Shown: positions 1 through 10,277 of the stretch, in pieces
How the letters are laid out: every line of letters begins with the position of its first letter
How positions within the stretch are numbered: position 1 is the stretch's first letter
Assembly (NCBI GenBank): GCA_963832395.1
Contig: CAWHTV010000004.1
Location: 1,780 to 65,779 of the forward strand
Length of the DNA: 64,000 bases
Reading direction: 5' to 3'
Origin: an uncultured delta proteobacterium
Lineage (GTDB): Bacteria > Desulfobacterota > Binatia > Binatales > Binataceae
Translations under genes and position numbers: made by a program
The notes under the pieces: generated by a model
Told to the model about the DNA's origin: nothing
What the model saw: the letters and a program-made list of their open reading frames with translations, nothing else
Databases searched by the model: none

Positions 1-5
1 TCACA

Positions 6-587
6 ATGGACATCCTTGAAAAGAAACCCGGCACCAAGCGGCCGGTCATCGTACGGGCCGCAACTTTGCTCTTTGCCGAGAAAGGAATCGATGCGGCCAG
101 CATGCGGGAGATAGCTCAGGCGGCTGGGGTACGAGAAGCGGCCATATACCGTCACTTTGCGGGCAAGGATGATCTCGCCCGCGAAATTTTTGCGAGTTGG
201 TATGGCTGGCACTGCCGGGAGCTTCAGCAAATCGTCAGCGGACCGGGTGGGACTCTGGACAAGCTACGTCGGATTGTTCGTCACGAGTTCGCGGCCGTGA
301 CGGATCACGGCGAGGCTTTTGTGTATTTCTGCAAGAACGAAGTGCGATTCATGCAGACCCTTCCACCGGAGATCGTGAGCGCCCGGCGTGTGCTTACCAT
401 GTTCGTCAAGGCAGGGCAGGCTCAGGGAGAGATACGGACCGGAAGTCCCGATCTGCTGGCGGACATGCTAAACGGCGCATTATGCGCGGTCGGAGTGACG
501 TGGCTTCGATCGGGGCGGCGGAAAAAGCTGAGTGCGCAGTTTGCCGAAGTAGTGAAAGCTTGTTGGCACATGCTCGCGTCACAGTAA
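6..587 (+). CDS. TetR/AcrR family transcriptional regulator
   Basis: N-terminal HTH 'FAEKGIDAASMREIAQAAGVREAAIYRHFAGKDDL'; 193 aa. Confidence 0.93.
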   Translation: MDILEKKPGTKRPVIVRAATLLFAEKGIDAASMREIAQAAGVREAAIYRHFAGKDDLAREIFASWYGWHCRELQQIVSGPGGTLDKLRRIVRHEFAAVTDHGEAFVYFCKNEVRFMQTLPPEIVSARRVLTMFVKAGQAQGEIRTGSPDLLADMLNGALCAVGVTWLRSGRRKKLSAQFAEVVKACWHMLASQ

Positions 588-626
588 AACGCTGCTTCGC
601 TCGCGTTCGACACGAGAAGAGGTTTA

Positions 627-1604
627 ATGGGTAGTCTGGCGCTGGTTGACAAGATCGAAATTCAGGTTCTGGTCGATAATGCGACCGATAGCCTCTCGAC
701 CATCCCCGCCCACGCCGAGTCGGAGTTCGCCTATCTGGAGCGGCACGGGATGCGGGAACTATCCGGTGACTCGCTTTGCTGCGCCTGTCACGGGCTTTCC
801 CTCCTTATAACGGCTACCCGGGGGGCGCGCCGGCACACGGTTCTTTTCGACAGCGGACCGGAGGAATATGCGTTCGAGCGCAATGCCGGGCGGCTCGGCG
901 TCGATCTGAGCATCGTCGAGAGCGTCGTGCTGTCCCACGGACACTGGGATCATGCCGGAGGAATGCTGAAGGCGCTCGACCTTGTTCGCAGCCACAATGG
1001 AGGCCGGTCGATCCCGTACTATGCACATCCTGGGATGTTCCGCTCACGGGCCCGTCGACTGCCGAACGGCGATTTGATGCCCATGAAGGACGTACCAGGT
1101 ATCGAGGCTTTGACGGCGCACGGCGCGCAGGTCACCTGCACCGGAGAGCCCCAGGTCTTTCTCGACGACATGTTTTATCTCAGTGGCGAAATTCCGCGGG
1201 TGACGCCGTTCGAACGCGGCCTGCCGGCGCATTATCAAAAGAACGCGGACGGGAATTGGATGCCCGACCCATTGCTGATGGACGAGCGGTTTTTGATGGT
1301 AAAGGTCGAAGGAAAGGGGCTGATAGTGTTTACGGCATGCTCGCACGCCGGAGTGGTAAACGTATTGAAGCATGCTCGCGAGTGCGCTCCCGATACGCCG
1401 ATCCACGCGGTGATGGGCGGTTTCCATCTTTCCGGCGCCAACGAGGAAATCATACCTGAGACGGTTGCGGCCCTGTCGGAATTAGAGCCACGCACTATCG
1501 CCGCCGGACATTGCACCGGCTGGCGAGCGATCAAGGCGCTTGCCAACGCTTTCGGAGACGGCGCGTTAGACCCCCTGGCCGTCGGCAAACGCTATACGTT
1601 CTGA
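627..1604 (+). CDS. MBL-fold metallo-hydrolase (COG1237-like)
   Basis: Motifs 'VLFDSG', 'LSHGHWDH', 'ACSHAGVVN', 'GGFHL', 'GHCTG'. Confidence 0.88.
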   Translation: MGSLALVDKIEIQVLVDNATDSLSTIPAHAESEFAYLERHGMRELSGDSLCCACHGLSLLITATRGARRHTVLFDSGPEEYAFERNAGRLGVDLSIVESVVLSHGHWDHAGGMLKALDLVRSHNGGRSIPYYAHPGMFRSRARRLPNGDLMPMKDVPGIEALTAHGAQVTCTGEPQVFLDDMFYLSGEIPRVTPFERGLPAHYQKNADGNWMPDPLLMDERFLMVKVEGKGLIVFTACSHAGVVNVLKHARECAPDTPIHAVMGGFHLSGANEEIIPETVAALSELEPRTIAAGHCTGWRAIKALANAFGDGALDPLAVGKRYTF

Positions 1605-1654
1605 ACACGCGGCTTCGCGGAGAAGCGCGTTTAACGTCGATCAGGAGTAGGAAC

Positions 1655-2548
1655 ATGCCAGAGGAAACTATCGCATACCGCGATCCCAATGCGCTGGTGC
1701 AGACCGATTGGCTCGAGGCGCATCGCGGCGATACCAACTTGCGCATCTTCGATTGCACTACGCATTTGCAGCCTGCCGAACCCGGCAGCGATATTCCTTA
1801 TCGCATCGTCAGCGGCAAGGCGGACTATGACGCAGGGCATATTCCCGGCGCGGGGTTTCTCGACATCCAGGGGGAACTGTCGGACAACACCACGAAGTTA
1901 CGGTTCATGCTGCCATCCGCCGAGGAGTTCGCCGCAGTCATGTCGCGCCACGGCGTCGGTGAAGGAACCAGGGTCGTGTTGTACAGCGCGGGCAATATCA
2001 TGTGGGCGACGCGTGTCTGGTGGATGTTGCGGGCGTTCGGCTTCGATAACGCGGCGGTCCTCGATGGTGGTTGGGAGAAATGGCGGGCGGAGGGCCGCCC
2101 GGTTTCGACCGGGCCTTGCACGTATCCTGCGGCTAAATTCATTGCACGACCTCATGCCGGATTGTTCGTCGGCAAAGAGCAGGTGCGGGCGGCGCTCGGG
2201 GATTCCCGCACGATTATCGTCAACGCGTTGTCGCCTGATCTGCATCGCGGCAAGCGCCCCAGCCGCTATGGCCGTCCGGGCAGGGTTCCGGGCAGTGTGA
2301 ATGTGCCGGCGGCGACCTTGCTCGATTCCGAGACCAAGGCGTTCGTGCCGTTGGCCGACGCGCGCACAAAATTCGATGCGACCGGTGTTGAGAAATCCAA
2401 GAACGTAATCTGCTACTGCGGAGGAGGGATTTCAGCCACGGTCGATTTGTTCATGTTGTACCAACTCGGATACCAGAATCTCACCCTGTATGACGGCTCG
2501 ATGGGCGAGTGGGCAAGGGATGATTCGCTGCCGATCGAAACGGACTGA
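1655..2548 (+). CDS. Tandem-domain rhodanese / sulfurtransferase (SseA-like)
   Basis: AGGAG RBS then ATG at 1655; 'GHIPGA', 'ATRVWWML', 'LDGGWEKW', active loop 'YCGGGISA', 'LYDGSMGEW'. Confidence 0.9.
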   Translation: MPEETIAYRDPNALVQTDWLEAHRGDTNLRIFDCTTHLQPAEPGSDIPYRIVSGKADYDAGHIPGAGFLDIQGELSDNTTKLRFMLPSAEEFAAVMSRHGVGEGTRVVLYSAGNIMWATRVWWMLRAFGFDNAAVLDGGWEKWRAEGRPVSTGPCTYPAAKFIARPHAGLFVGKEQVRAALGDSRTIIVNALSPDLHRGKRPSRYGRPGRVPGSVNVPAATLLDSETKAFVPLADARTKFDATGVEKSKNVICYCGGGISATVDLFMLYQLGYQNLTLYDGSMGEWARDDSLPIETD

Positions 2549-2585
2549 GCGTTTGCTATTGACTGTTAGGTTCCGCATCGGCGGC

Positions 2586-3980
2586 TCAAAGCGCGAGGTT
2601 ATCGGGACAGAACAGCGACTTTGGGTCGAGGCTCCGTTTGAGTGTGCGCAGCGTCCGGTAGTAACTGCCGAATCGATCCATCAGGGGCGCCCACATCTTG
2701 CCGACCTTGTAAGGAACGCAGCCGATCGCCAGCAACTCGGCGCAGGTGGCGGATGCGGCGGCCTGCGCGGCGGGCCATTGATGCTGTTCGTCGTAGAACA
2801 TTATCACCGCGCCATGAACGCCACGTCGGCAGAGCACGGTCCCGCCGGCCCAGACGAAATCGGAATGCAGTGCACGCATTCGATCGACCAGCGCGAAAAA
2901 GCGCGGCGATGTCTCGGTCGGCATCGAGGTCATCAGCAGGGCGCACATCGAGCGCGAGAAATAACCCGCGTAGCCGTACCAGAAGCTGAAATCGCGCCTG
3001 AGCTTGCTGAAAAAGATTTCGTCGAAAGGCGCGAACTCGCCTCCCGCAAAACGGCCGGCCTCGTCGATAAGGCGCAGGCGATCGGCAGCAACCTCCCGTG
3101 GATCGCCCCGAAGGTCGAGGCCGAGACAAAAACCCGGCATCGAGCTCCCGTCGAGATCGGGACGTGCCGCGTTGACGCGCGCGGCCACCGCCTTGTCCTC
3201 GTAGCCGGCGCCGTACCAGACGTTGCGAAACATTTCGTGCAGTTGCGCATGGGCGGTAAAGCGCGCGCCCGCCGCGTAATCGGAAAAGCCCAGCGTCAGG
3301 GTTTCCTGATGGGGCGGCAGCGGATGGACCCACAGCGCCAGTTTCGTAATGACGCCCAGCGTGCCGTTGGCGCCCAGGAAAAGTCCGGTCAGGTCGGGGC
3401 CGATCGCATAGCGATGAAAGAAGCCCGCGCCGGCCAGTGCCGCGCTGCCGGTCCTGAGCAGTTCGCCGTCGGGTAAAATGACTTCGAGGCCTGCGACCTC
3501 GTCACCCGTGCTCTGATATTTCGGCGACCCGGTTCCAAGTCCATGCGAAGCGATGGCGCCACCGATAGTCCCCGACGCTCCCGTAAGCGGCACGATACCG
3601 ACCGTCAGACCGTCGCGCCCGAGCACCGCGAGTAGTTCGCCGTAGGTCACGCCCGGCTCGACGATCACCAGGCCGCGGCCGCGGTCGATCTCGACAATCC
3701 GGTTCATCGGCGAAACGTCGATCACGACGCCGCCGCGGGTCGGGTTGGCGCCACCGGCGTACGTCGATCCGGCGCCCCGGATATAGATCGGCTGATCGGC
3801 TTCGCGGGCCGCCTTGACGACTCGCACGATCTCGTCCGCGCTGCTGACCAGGACCGCGGCGGCCGGATCGCCAGCCGCACAGACCGAGGCGTCGCGCCGA
3901 TAGTTGAGCAGATCGATCTGATCTTCGAGCACCACTGCGGAAGTGCCCGCGAGTTCGTTGGTGAGTGAATGCTTCTCCAT
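2586..3980 (-). CDS. FAD-binding oxidoreductase (VAO/GlcD-like FAD_binding_4)
   Basis: 'IRGAGST', 'VEPGVT', 'GTIGG', 'GPDLTGLFLGANGTLGVITK', 'LDPKSLFCPDNL'; start taken at MEKHSL. Confidence 0.85.
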   Translation of the reverse strand: MEKHSLTNELAGTSAVVLEDQIDLLNYRRDASVCAAGDPAAAVLVSSADEIVRVVKAAREADQPIYIRGAGSTYAGGANPTRGGVVIDVSPMNRIVEIDRGRGLVIVEPGVTYGELLAVLGRDGLTVGIVPLTGASGTIGGAIASHGLGTGSPKYQSTGDEVAGLEVILPDGELLRTGSAALAGAGFFHRYAIGPDLTGLFLGANGTLGVITKLALWVHPLPPHQETLTLGFSDYAAGARFTAHAQLHEMFRNVWYGAGYEDKAVAARVNAARPDLDGSSMPGFCLGLDLRGDPREVAADRLRLIDEAGRFAGGEFAPFDEIFFSKLRRDFSFWYGYAGYFSRSMCALLMTSMPTETSPRFFALVDRMRALHSDFVWAGGTVLCRRGVHGAVIMFYDEQHQWPAAQAAASATCAELLAIGCVPYKVGKMWAPLMDRFGSYYRTLRTLKRSLDPKSLFCPDNLAL

Positions 3981-3988
3981 GATTCGAT

Positions 3989-5221
3989 TTACCCGCGCGC
4001 TTCGAAATGAGTCATTATGAACTCGCACAGGCCGTAAACCGGGGTTGTGCCGCCGTCGCGCGACCGTTCGAGGTGACTCGCACAGAGCGGACTCGCCGAG
4101 ACGATCGCGCCGGCTCCCAGCTCGCGCAACGATTCGAGTTTCCCCAGCGCCATCCGCCGCGCCGAGTCCGGATGGATCTGCGCCATGCCGCCCGCCGCGC
4201 CGCAACAAAGCGCAAAGCGCGCGGCCGACTCATCCGGCACGACTCGGCATCCGAGCGCGGCGAGAATCGTGCGAGCGAGCCGTGGGTATCCGGTCTCAGC
4301 CAGGCCGCCGTGTCCCTTCTTGCTGAGATGGCAGCTATCCAGCATCGCAACCGCGGCCGGCGGTGGCGAATCCTTGCGCGCGGCTAATTTCAGGCGATGG
4401 GTTGAAATTCGATCGGCGAGCAGCTCCAGCGGATGCATCGCGGCAACCGCTTCGTCCGCTTGCAGATGTTGCGAATAGTGGTGACGGAGGCTCTCGAGAC
4501 ATTCCGCGCCCGAGGTCAGCACTGCCGACAAGCCCGAGTCGCGGATCGCTTCGAGCAGCTCGATTCCCTGCCGACGGCCCGCGGCGAGCTGGCCGGTTTC
4601 GAACAGCGGCGCGCCGCAGCATCGATCGCGATCGCCTGCGAGCATCGCGACGCGCACCCCGGCGGCGGTCAGCAGGGCCACCGTGGCGCGCGCTTCGGCG
4701 GGTTTGCCGTAGCAAGCGGCGCAGCCGGGCAAATATAGAAATTCCGGTGCGGAGCCGGAGTCAGTCTGAAGCCCGCTGGCCCATGCGTAGCGCTCAGCGC
4801 CGGGCAAGCCATCCGGGTTGCCAGTGCTGGCGATGTTGGCTGCGATCTCGAGGACGCTGTCGGGGGCAAGGCCGTGATCGACGAGGTCGGCGCGCATCGC
4901 CTTGACCAGTTGCGCGGGCCGCAGCCCGATCGGACAGGCTTCCTCGCAATTGCCGCAGGTGGTGCAGGCAAAGACCCGATCCGCCACAGTGGCCGCGGAC
5001 AGTTCTTCGCCGTCGGCTAGCGCGCGCGCCGTCGCGAGATACCCTTTGCCCGAGTAGCTGAGCGCCGGGCTATGATAGAGCAAGGTGGGGCATACATGGC
5101 GCAGCCCCTTTTCCTCCCACGACGCCTCGACGCAGTAGTTGCAACGCGAGCAGTGATAAAGATTCTCGGTGAACTGCCGCGCCGCCGCGAGGAAGGAGCC
5201 CTTTACGGTTGCGGTCGCCAT
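3989..5221 (-). CDS. (Fe-S)-binding protein, GlcF/HdrD-like with CCG domains
   Basis: 'CSRCNYC', 'CTTCGNCEEACP', 'CCGAP', 'CCGAAGG'; adjacent to the FAD subunit. Confidence 0.85.
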   Translation of the reverse strand: MATATVKGSFLAAARQFTENLYHCSRCNYCVEASWEEKGLRHVCPTLLYHSPALSYSGKGYLATARALADGEELSAATVADRVFACTTCGNCEEACPIGLRPAQLVKAMRADLVDHGLAPDSVLEIAANIASTGNPDGLPGAERYAWASGLQTDSGSAPEFLYLPGCAACYGKPAEARATVALLTAAGVRVAMLAGDRDRCCGAPLFETGQLAAGRRQGIELLEAIRDSGLSAVLTSGAECLESLRHHYSQHLQADEAVAAMHPLELLADRISTHRLKLAARKDSPPPAAVAMLDSCHLSKKGHGGLAETGYPRLARTILAALGCRVVPDESAARFALCCGAAGGMAQIHPDSARRMALGKLESLRELGAGAIVSASPLCASHLERSRDGGTTPVYGLCEFIMTHFEARG

Positions 5222-5392
5222 CTCATACTAGCCTTTGCGCTGATGTTAGGACCCGTTCGTGCGGTGATGCTCTTGCCGAGTCGCAGGATGAGAGCTTGGA
5301 CCACCACAAAGATCAAGCATCACCCAAGCTCCTAACACATCAGGCGCCGCGCCGCGACGGTCGCGCGCGCGTCCGTGTTTTTGCGAAGGCTG

Positions 5393-5845
5393 CTATTTCT
5401 TTGCCTTGAGCGGGTCGGCGAACTCGGTGGTGAAGCCGCACGCCCTGAGCGCCTCGACACAGCAGGCGATGTCTTCCTCTATGGTGCCGCCGCTGGCGCC
5501 CACGGCTCCCAAAAATTCTCCCTTCTCCACGATCGGCAGGCCGCCCGACACGATACAGATGCGCGAGTCGGTATGCTGCAGGCCGTAGGCGATAGCGTCG
5601 GGCATCATGATCGCCCGTACCATCTCGGTGGGCCGCTTGAACGCGATCGCGGTCCAAGCCTTCTTGATTGCAATATCGACGTTGGCGATTCGCCCGCCCT
5701 CGGGCCGCTCCAGCCCGCGCAGATGGCCGCCGAAATCGACGATCGCGATCGTGCTCGGTTTGCCCACTTCATTCGCCTTGCGATTCGCCGCCTGTAGCAT
5801 CTTGCGGATTTCTTCGAGTGTCAGTTCGCGCATTTGCTTACTCAA
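5393..5845 (-). CDS. GlcG/HbpS family heme-binding protein
   Basis: 'IAIVDFGGHL', 'IAIKKAWTA', 'GGLPI...GAVGASGG..EED'. Confidence 0.88.
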   Translation of the reverse strand: MSKQMRELTLEEIRKMLQAANRKANEVGKPSTIAIVDFGGHLRGLERPEGGRIANVDIAIKKAWTAIAFKRPTEMVRAIMMPDAIAYGLQHTDSRICIVSGGLPIVEKGEFLGAVGASGGTIEEDIACCVEALRACGFTTEFADPLKAKK

Positions 5846-5890
5846 TCTCCTCGATGATTGCGTCTTTACGTTAACCGTGAACCGTTGCCT

Positions 5891-6469
5891 CTAGCGAGCC
5901 TGGCTGTGGTACTCGGGGTTGGGCATCATGTCCGTCGCCACCGCCATCCTGTTGGACATATTGAAGAATGAGGTCACCGCGGCGATGTCCCAGATATCGG
6001 CATCGCTAAAGCCAGCGTCGCGCAGAGCCTGGCGATCGCTCTCGACGATTCTGTCTGGAGTCTCGGTGAGTTTGGCGGCGAAGTCCAACATCGCGCGCTG
6101 TCGCGTTGCAAGCTCGGCGGCACGATAGTTCATCACCATCAACTCGCCCAGTTTGGGATCGCCCGAAAGCTGGCGCACGGCGGCGCCATGGGCGGTCAGG
6201 CAGTAGAAACAATGGTTGATGGATGAGGCCACAACCGCGATCATTTCACGCTCGAGCTTGCTCAATCCCGACGGCCCAAGCATCAGCTCGTTATACATCG
6301 TCATGAAATTGGCCAGCTTGTCCGAGTTGAAGCTGTAAGCGCGCAGCACGTTGGGTACGAAGCCCAGCTTCTCTTCGCACTTGGCAAAATATTTTTGGAT
6401 GTCGGGTTTGAGATTTTCCCGTCGAAGCTCAGGCAAGTGGAGAGCACAGATATGCTGGGGTTGGGACAA
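5891..6469 (-). CDS. Peroxidase-related AhpD/CMD family protein
   Basis: 'LGFVPNVL', 'EREMIAVVASSINHCFYCLTAHG' CxxC motif, 'FFNMSNR'. Confidence 0.88.
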   Translation of the reverse strand: MSQPQHICALHLPELRRENLKPDIQKYFAKCEEKLGFVPNVLRAYSFNSDKLANFMTMYNELMLGPSGLSKLEREMIAVVASSINHCFYCLTAHGAAVRQLSGDPKLGELMVMNYRAAELATRQRAMLDFAAKLTETPDRIVESDRQALRDAGFSDADIWDIAAVTSFFNMSNRMAVATDMMPNPEYHSQAR

Positions 6470-7262
6470 TTTCTTTACCTCGCAATTAAATCGGAATTTT
6501 CATTTCGCTCTCGGATTTCAATCCGCCTTGTAAACCAAGCGGCCTTCCTCTGCAAGGTTTAACCGAGCAGCAGAAGCCAGTTAACTCGCCGAGGTGAAAA
6601 GGGGTTCCTCAGAGAACTGAAACAGGAGCCCTTCAGGGGGATTTGGGCGATGTCGAAACCAGAAGTGGTTGAGTGCCGTTTGAAGTCGGCGATGGCTACG
6701 GCATACAATCAGAGGCAGGAGCAAGGTGAAGTTGTCCTCTTCCAGATGGTGCGGTAGTCCGATCGAATATGCTAAAGCGCGAAAATATGGGTCGCAAGAA
6801 CGTAGTCCTGTTAGCCAGCTGCTTTTGCCTCTTTACGCTCGCGCAGACTGCTCGCCCACTCGAGTCGATAGCCTTCTTTTCGCACCCTGGGGTTGCTGCC
6901 AAGTACCAGCAACTTACGCGCCATACCCTGGAGGAAATCGGCGGTAGAGTCGCGGACCTCTCGGCCGGCGCGACGCTCGAATTCGGAATCCTGACAGCGA
7001 AAGCTCCGGTGCGGAGCTCGCGCGTGAACCAGGTCAACGTACCGGTCTGGCCCGTCGACAGGGTGGTTCATCGCCGAATCCTGCCATCCGCGCCCGACGG
7101 CGCCCACTAGCATTCTCCACACCGAGCTGCGCGCGCGAGCGGAACCCCGGATGGATCCGGCGGATCCGTTTCGCTCGAAGGGCCCCGCTGCCTGTGAGGC
7201 GGCCGGGCACATCAGCTTTCCCCCTTAGTGAAAATGGGGCCGTGAAGAGACAGGGTAGAGAC

Positions 7263-7853
7263 ATGCTTAGGAAATATATAAGCGCAGACCAAAAGGTCTT
7301 CGGGCTGAAATTCCAGGAACGGCTGTTTCGCAAGCGCACGCAAATTCCTTCGGCGAGCCGCACCAGGATTTTGCGAAGCATGTTGTTGCAGTTGCGAGAC
7401 CAGGAACTCCGCAGACTAAAGGAGCTCGTCCGCAATGAGGCGCGGCAGAAGGGATCCGTACCCGGCGACGAGTCGGATCATGCCCGCTTGCACGAGGATA
7501 TGGAGTTAAATGTCAGCCTGATTGACCTCACCGAACGCCGTCTGTCCGCGATTCTGGCTGCGCTCGAGCGGCTCGAAGAGGGCCGCTACGGAATATGTGG
7601 ACAGTGTGGCGACGAGATCCTATTCGAGCGGCTGCGGGCTATGCCGGAGGCCGTTTACTGTGTCGACTGCCAGGCGGATTCGGAGGCTGCCGACGGTGGC
7701 AGAGGCTCCGCCGGATGGGCTATGGAGAACACCTTCATGATCTCCGGTATTGCCAACTCCGGCGCTCCGCTTGAACGCTACAGCAATCCCGTACAGACCG
7801 ACGACCTGGGATTAAGGGCTCGCCCCCATCGGCGCAGGCGCGAAACGCACTAG
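7263..7853 (+). CDS. TraR/DksA family C4 zinc-finger protein
   Basis: 'GDESDHA', 'ALERLEEGRYGICGQCGDEI..ERLRAMPEAVYCVDCQ'; start uncertain. Confidence 0.8.
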   Translation: MLRKYISADQKVFGLKFQERLFRKRTQIPSASRTRILRSMLLQLRDQELRRLKELVRNEARQKGSVPGDESDHARLHEDMELNVSLIDLTERRLSAILAALERLEEGRYGICGQCGDEILFERLRAMPEAVYCVDCQADSEAADGGRGSAGWAMENTFMISGIANSGAPLERYSNPVQTDDLGLRARPHRRRRETH

Positions 7854-7966
7854 GTAGACACCCGGACGCGACCGTATCACACTCCCGGCCGGCTGTGCGC
7901 TGCGGCAGCCGGCGGGAGGAACGGCAGCCGGCGGAGGAACGACCCAGGCGATCAACAGGAGTAGCC

Positions 7967-8410
7967 GTGCCAAGATTCCGTAATATCCTGTGTCCGATAG
8001 ATTTCGAGAAGAATTCGATCGCCGCGCTCGAGATCGCGTGCGAACTTGCCGAGGAGCGGGGCGCGACCATCCACCTTCTTCACGTGGCAAGGGTACCATC
8101 GCAGGACATGGACGTACCGCTGCCGTTCGACGCAGACCCCAGATGGGAGCGAGCGGCAAGAGCCAGGCTCGAGCAGGTCGCCCGCGAACAGTTGCAAGGG
8201 CGGGTACGCTACAAGGTTCACGTAATCAGCGGCACGCCGGATGATGACGTGGTGCGCATGGCCCATGAGTTAAACGCCGAACTGGTCGTGATGGCGACGC
8301 ATGGGCGCAAGGGGCTGAGCCATTTCGTGCTCGGCAGCGTGGCGGAGCGCGTGATGCGCGAGGTCGATTGCCCGGTTCTTACTGTGCGGACGAAAGCCAA
8401 GTCCGCCTAA
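7967..8410 (+). CDS. Universal stress protein (UspA family)
   Basis: AGGAG RBS then GTG; 'ILCPIDF', 'LVVMATHGRKGLSHFVLGSVAERVMR..CPVL'. Confidence 0.92.
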   Translation: MPRFRNILCPIDFEKNSIAALEIACELAEERGATIHLLHVARVPSQDMDVPLPFDADPRWERAARARLEQVAREQLQGRVRYKVHVISGTPDDDVVRMAHELNAELVVMATHGRKGLSHFVLGSVAERVMREVDCPVLTVRTKAKSA

Positions 8411-9085
8411 GCTCGTGGAGTAGACGATGGACCCCGCAACACTATCTTAAGCAATCTGTCAGCCAGACAGCTCCCTGTGTTGCTGGGCGACCAGCGGTCG
8501 ATATGGCAGGGCGCACCTGATTCATTTCCGTGGCAGGCGATCTCCACGCATGAACCACAGGCTGGCGCTAATTACGAACACGCCGACTATTACCGGTGAA
8601 TATGGCGCGCACCGGTCTGGAGCGACCGCAGATAACGATCAAGCAGCAATGATTGCGCGGACGTCGCGCCGAGGACCTCGGCACGCTACTGAGCGAAAAC
8701 TATAAGGAGCGCGAGAGTAGGTCCACCGGTACCATCAATACGATCACATCTCCCGGCACCGGGATCAGCCGCTACACGAAAAGAAAAAGCCATAGCGCCA
8801 TCATCGACGAGGTCATTAACTGAGCATCACGCACCGACACTTGTCCGAGCCGCTTGGAAAGTTCACCCGCGATATTTTAGCTCGGCAGTAGAGCATCTGA
8901 TGTTAATTCAGACGCGCTCAACGCGATAAATACTTGTGAAAATGAGGCTTTTTGTGCTGGACAGTCAAGCTGTCCGAGAAGTCTTGATGGCATTCAGGAG
9001 GTCGCGCGTTCGATCCGCGTCAGCTCCACCAATAAAATCGATGGTTGGGCCTGTTCTCTAAGGTGTATAGTGCGGCCCATGACCA

Positions 9086-9099
9086 TTGAATCAAATCAA
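9086..9099. promoter_or_regulatory. FNR/CRP-family-like box
   Basis: TTGAA-TCAA-ATCAA, one mismatch to TTGAT-N4-ATCAA, about 80 bp upstream of the ATG at 9181. Confidence 0.35.
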
Positions 9100-9180
9100 T
9101 CAGTGTTTGATTGTCCGCCGGATGGGGGTTCATAGTAACGCATCGTGGTAGCGGGCGCTCTCGGCGCCTGAAGGCAGCGC

Positions 9181-10179
9181 ATGGAAGATTCACGCTCGGG
9201 TCACCGCGAGGTGACCGTCATGACCTTGAATGTCTATTTCGGAACCCTACTGGCTCCCCTGTTCGTCGCTAAAGATTTGCCGGAGTTGATCGAGGCGGTC
9301 GCGAAAGCGTGGGCCGGGGTTCAAGCTACGGATATTCCTGCCCGCGCCACTAGCATCGCGCGTCAGATAGCCGCAGCCAAGCCAGATCTGGTGGGTTTGC
9401 AAGAGGTGGCGCAATGGTCCACCGGGGCGCCTGGCGCAATGTCCTCCAGCTACGATTTTCTACTGCTTATTCTTGAAGCGCTTCGGAAGGAGAGCTGCTT
9501 TTACGCGCCGATCGCAATCAGGAAGGATCTCGATCAGGCCGGGCCGCTCGATATGAATGGTAATTTCGTGCGGTTCGAGGATCGTCATGCGGTGCTAATT
9601 AGAATCGAGCCGCTTCCGACACAAGTGCGACCATATAACATTCAGGCGGAAACTTTCTCGACGCTTTTTGAAATCGCGAGCCCGCTCATCGGATCGGTGA
9701 CGGTCCCTCGTAGCTGGATTGCTGTCGACGCAATACTCGGAGACAAGAAATTCCGCTTCATCGAAACTCACGTCGAATCCATGGATGAAGCCGTGCAGCT
9801 AGCACAGGGTAAGGAGTTGACCGCCGCGCTCGAAAAGACGGCGTTACCTATCGTCATGGTGGGCGACTTCAATTCGAACGCAAATCAGCAATCCGGCGTA
9901 CCTGACAATACTGCAACCTATCCTGAAATAGTCGCCGCTGGATTTCAGGATGCCTGGGCCGCTGTGCATCGCGACGATCCCGGCAACACCTGTTGCCATG
10001 CGGCAGACCTGCGCAATCCCGTCACGGAACTCAACCGCCGAGTCGATCTAATCCTCACGCGCGGTGCGATTGCGCCGATCTCGGCGAAGCTGGTGGGAAC
10101 GGAACCGGCTGCCCGCACACCTTCGAGACTGTGGCCCACGGACCACGCCGGCGTGCTTGCGACGCTGCGAATCCAGTAG
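9181..10179 (+). CDS. Endonuclease/exonuclease/phosphatase (EEP) family protein
   Basis: 'VMTLNV', 'PDLVGLQEV', 'VGDFNS', 'RVDLIL', 'PTDHAGV'. Confidence 0.88.
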   Translation: MEDSRSGHREVTVMTLNVYFGTLLAPLFVAKDLPELIEAVAKAWAGVQATDIPARATSIARQIAAAKPDLVGLQEVAQWSTGAPGAMSSSYDFLLLILEALRKESCFYAPIAIRKDLDQAGPLDMNGNFVRFEDRHAVLIRIEPLPTQVRPYNIQAETFSTLFEIASPLIGSVTVPRSWIAVDAILGDKKFRFIETHVESMDEAVQLAQGKELTAALEKTALPIVMVGDFNSNANQQSGVPDNTATYPEIVAAGFQDAWAAVHRDDPGNTCCHAADLRNPVTELNRRVDLILTRGAIAPISAKLVGTEPAARTPSRLWPTDHAGVLATLRIQ

Positions 10180-10277
10180 CATCATCGCGCGGCCGTGGCG
10201 TGCTGATAGTCGTGATTCCGTGATACCCGCGGCCGCTCAGTTCTCCGCGCATTGGAGTTGTTAGTACCACACGACAA

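Noticed and set aside
2490-3476. Long antisense or shadow ORFs (also 12688-13866, 32952-34076, 43527-44708, 52221-53111)
   Set aside because: They are opposite-strand artifacts of high-GC coding sequence and overlap well-supported genes
6600-7200. Several overlapping ORFs of 70-130 aa between the AhpD-like and DksA-like genes
   Set aside because: No recognisable motif or convincing RBS; cannot choose a frame
8430-8820. Possible degraded membrane-protein (LysE-like) remnant on the minus strand
   Set aside because: Only a vague resemblance, with multiple stops; not supportable
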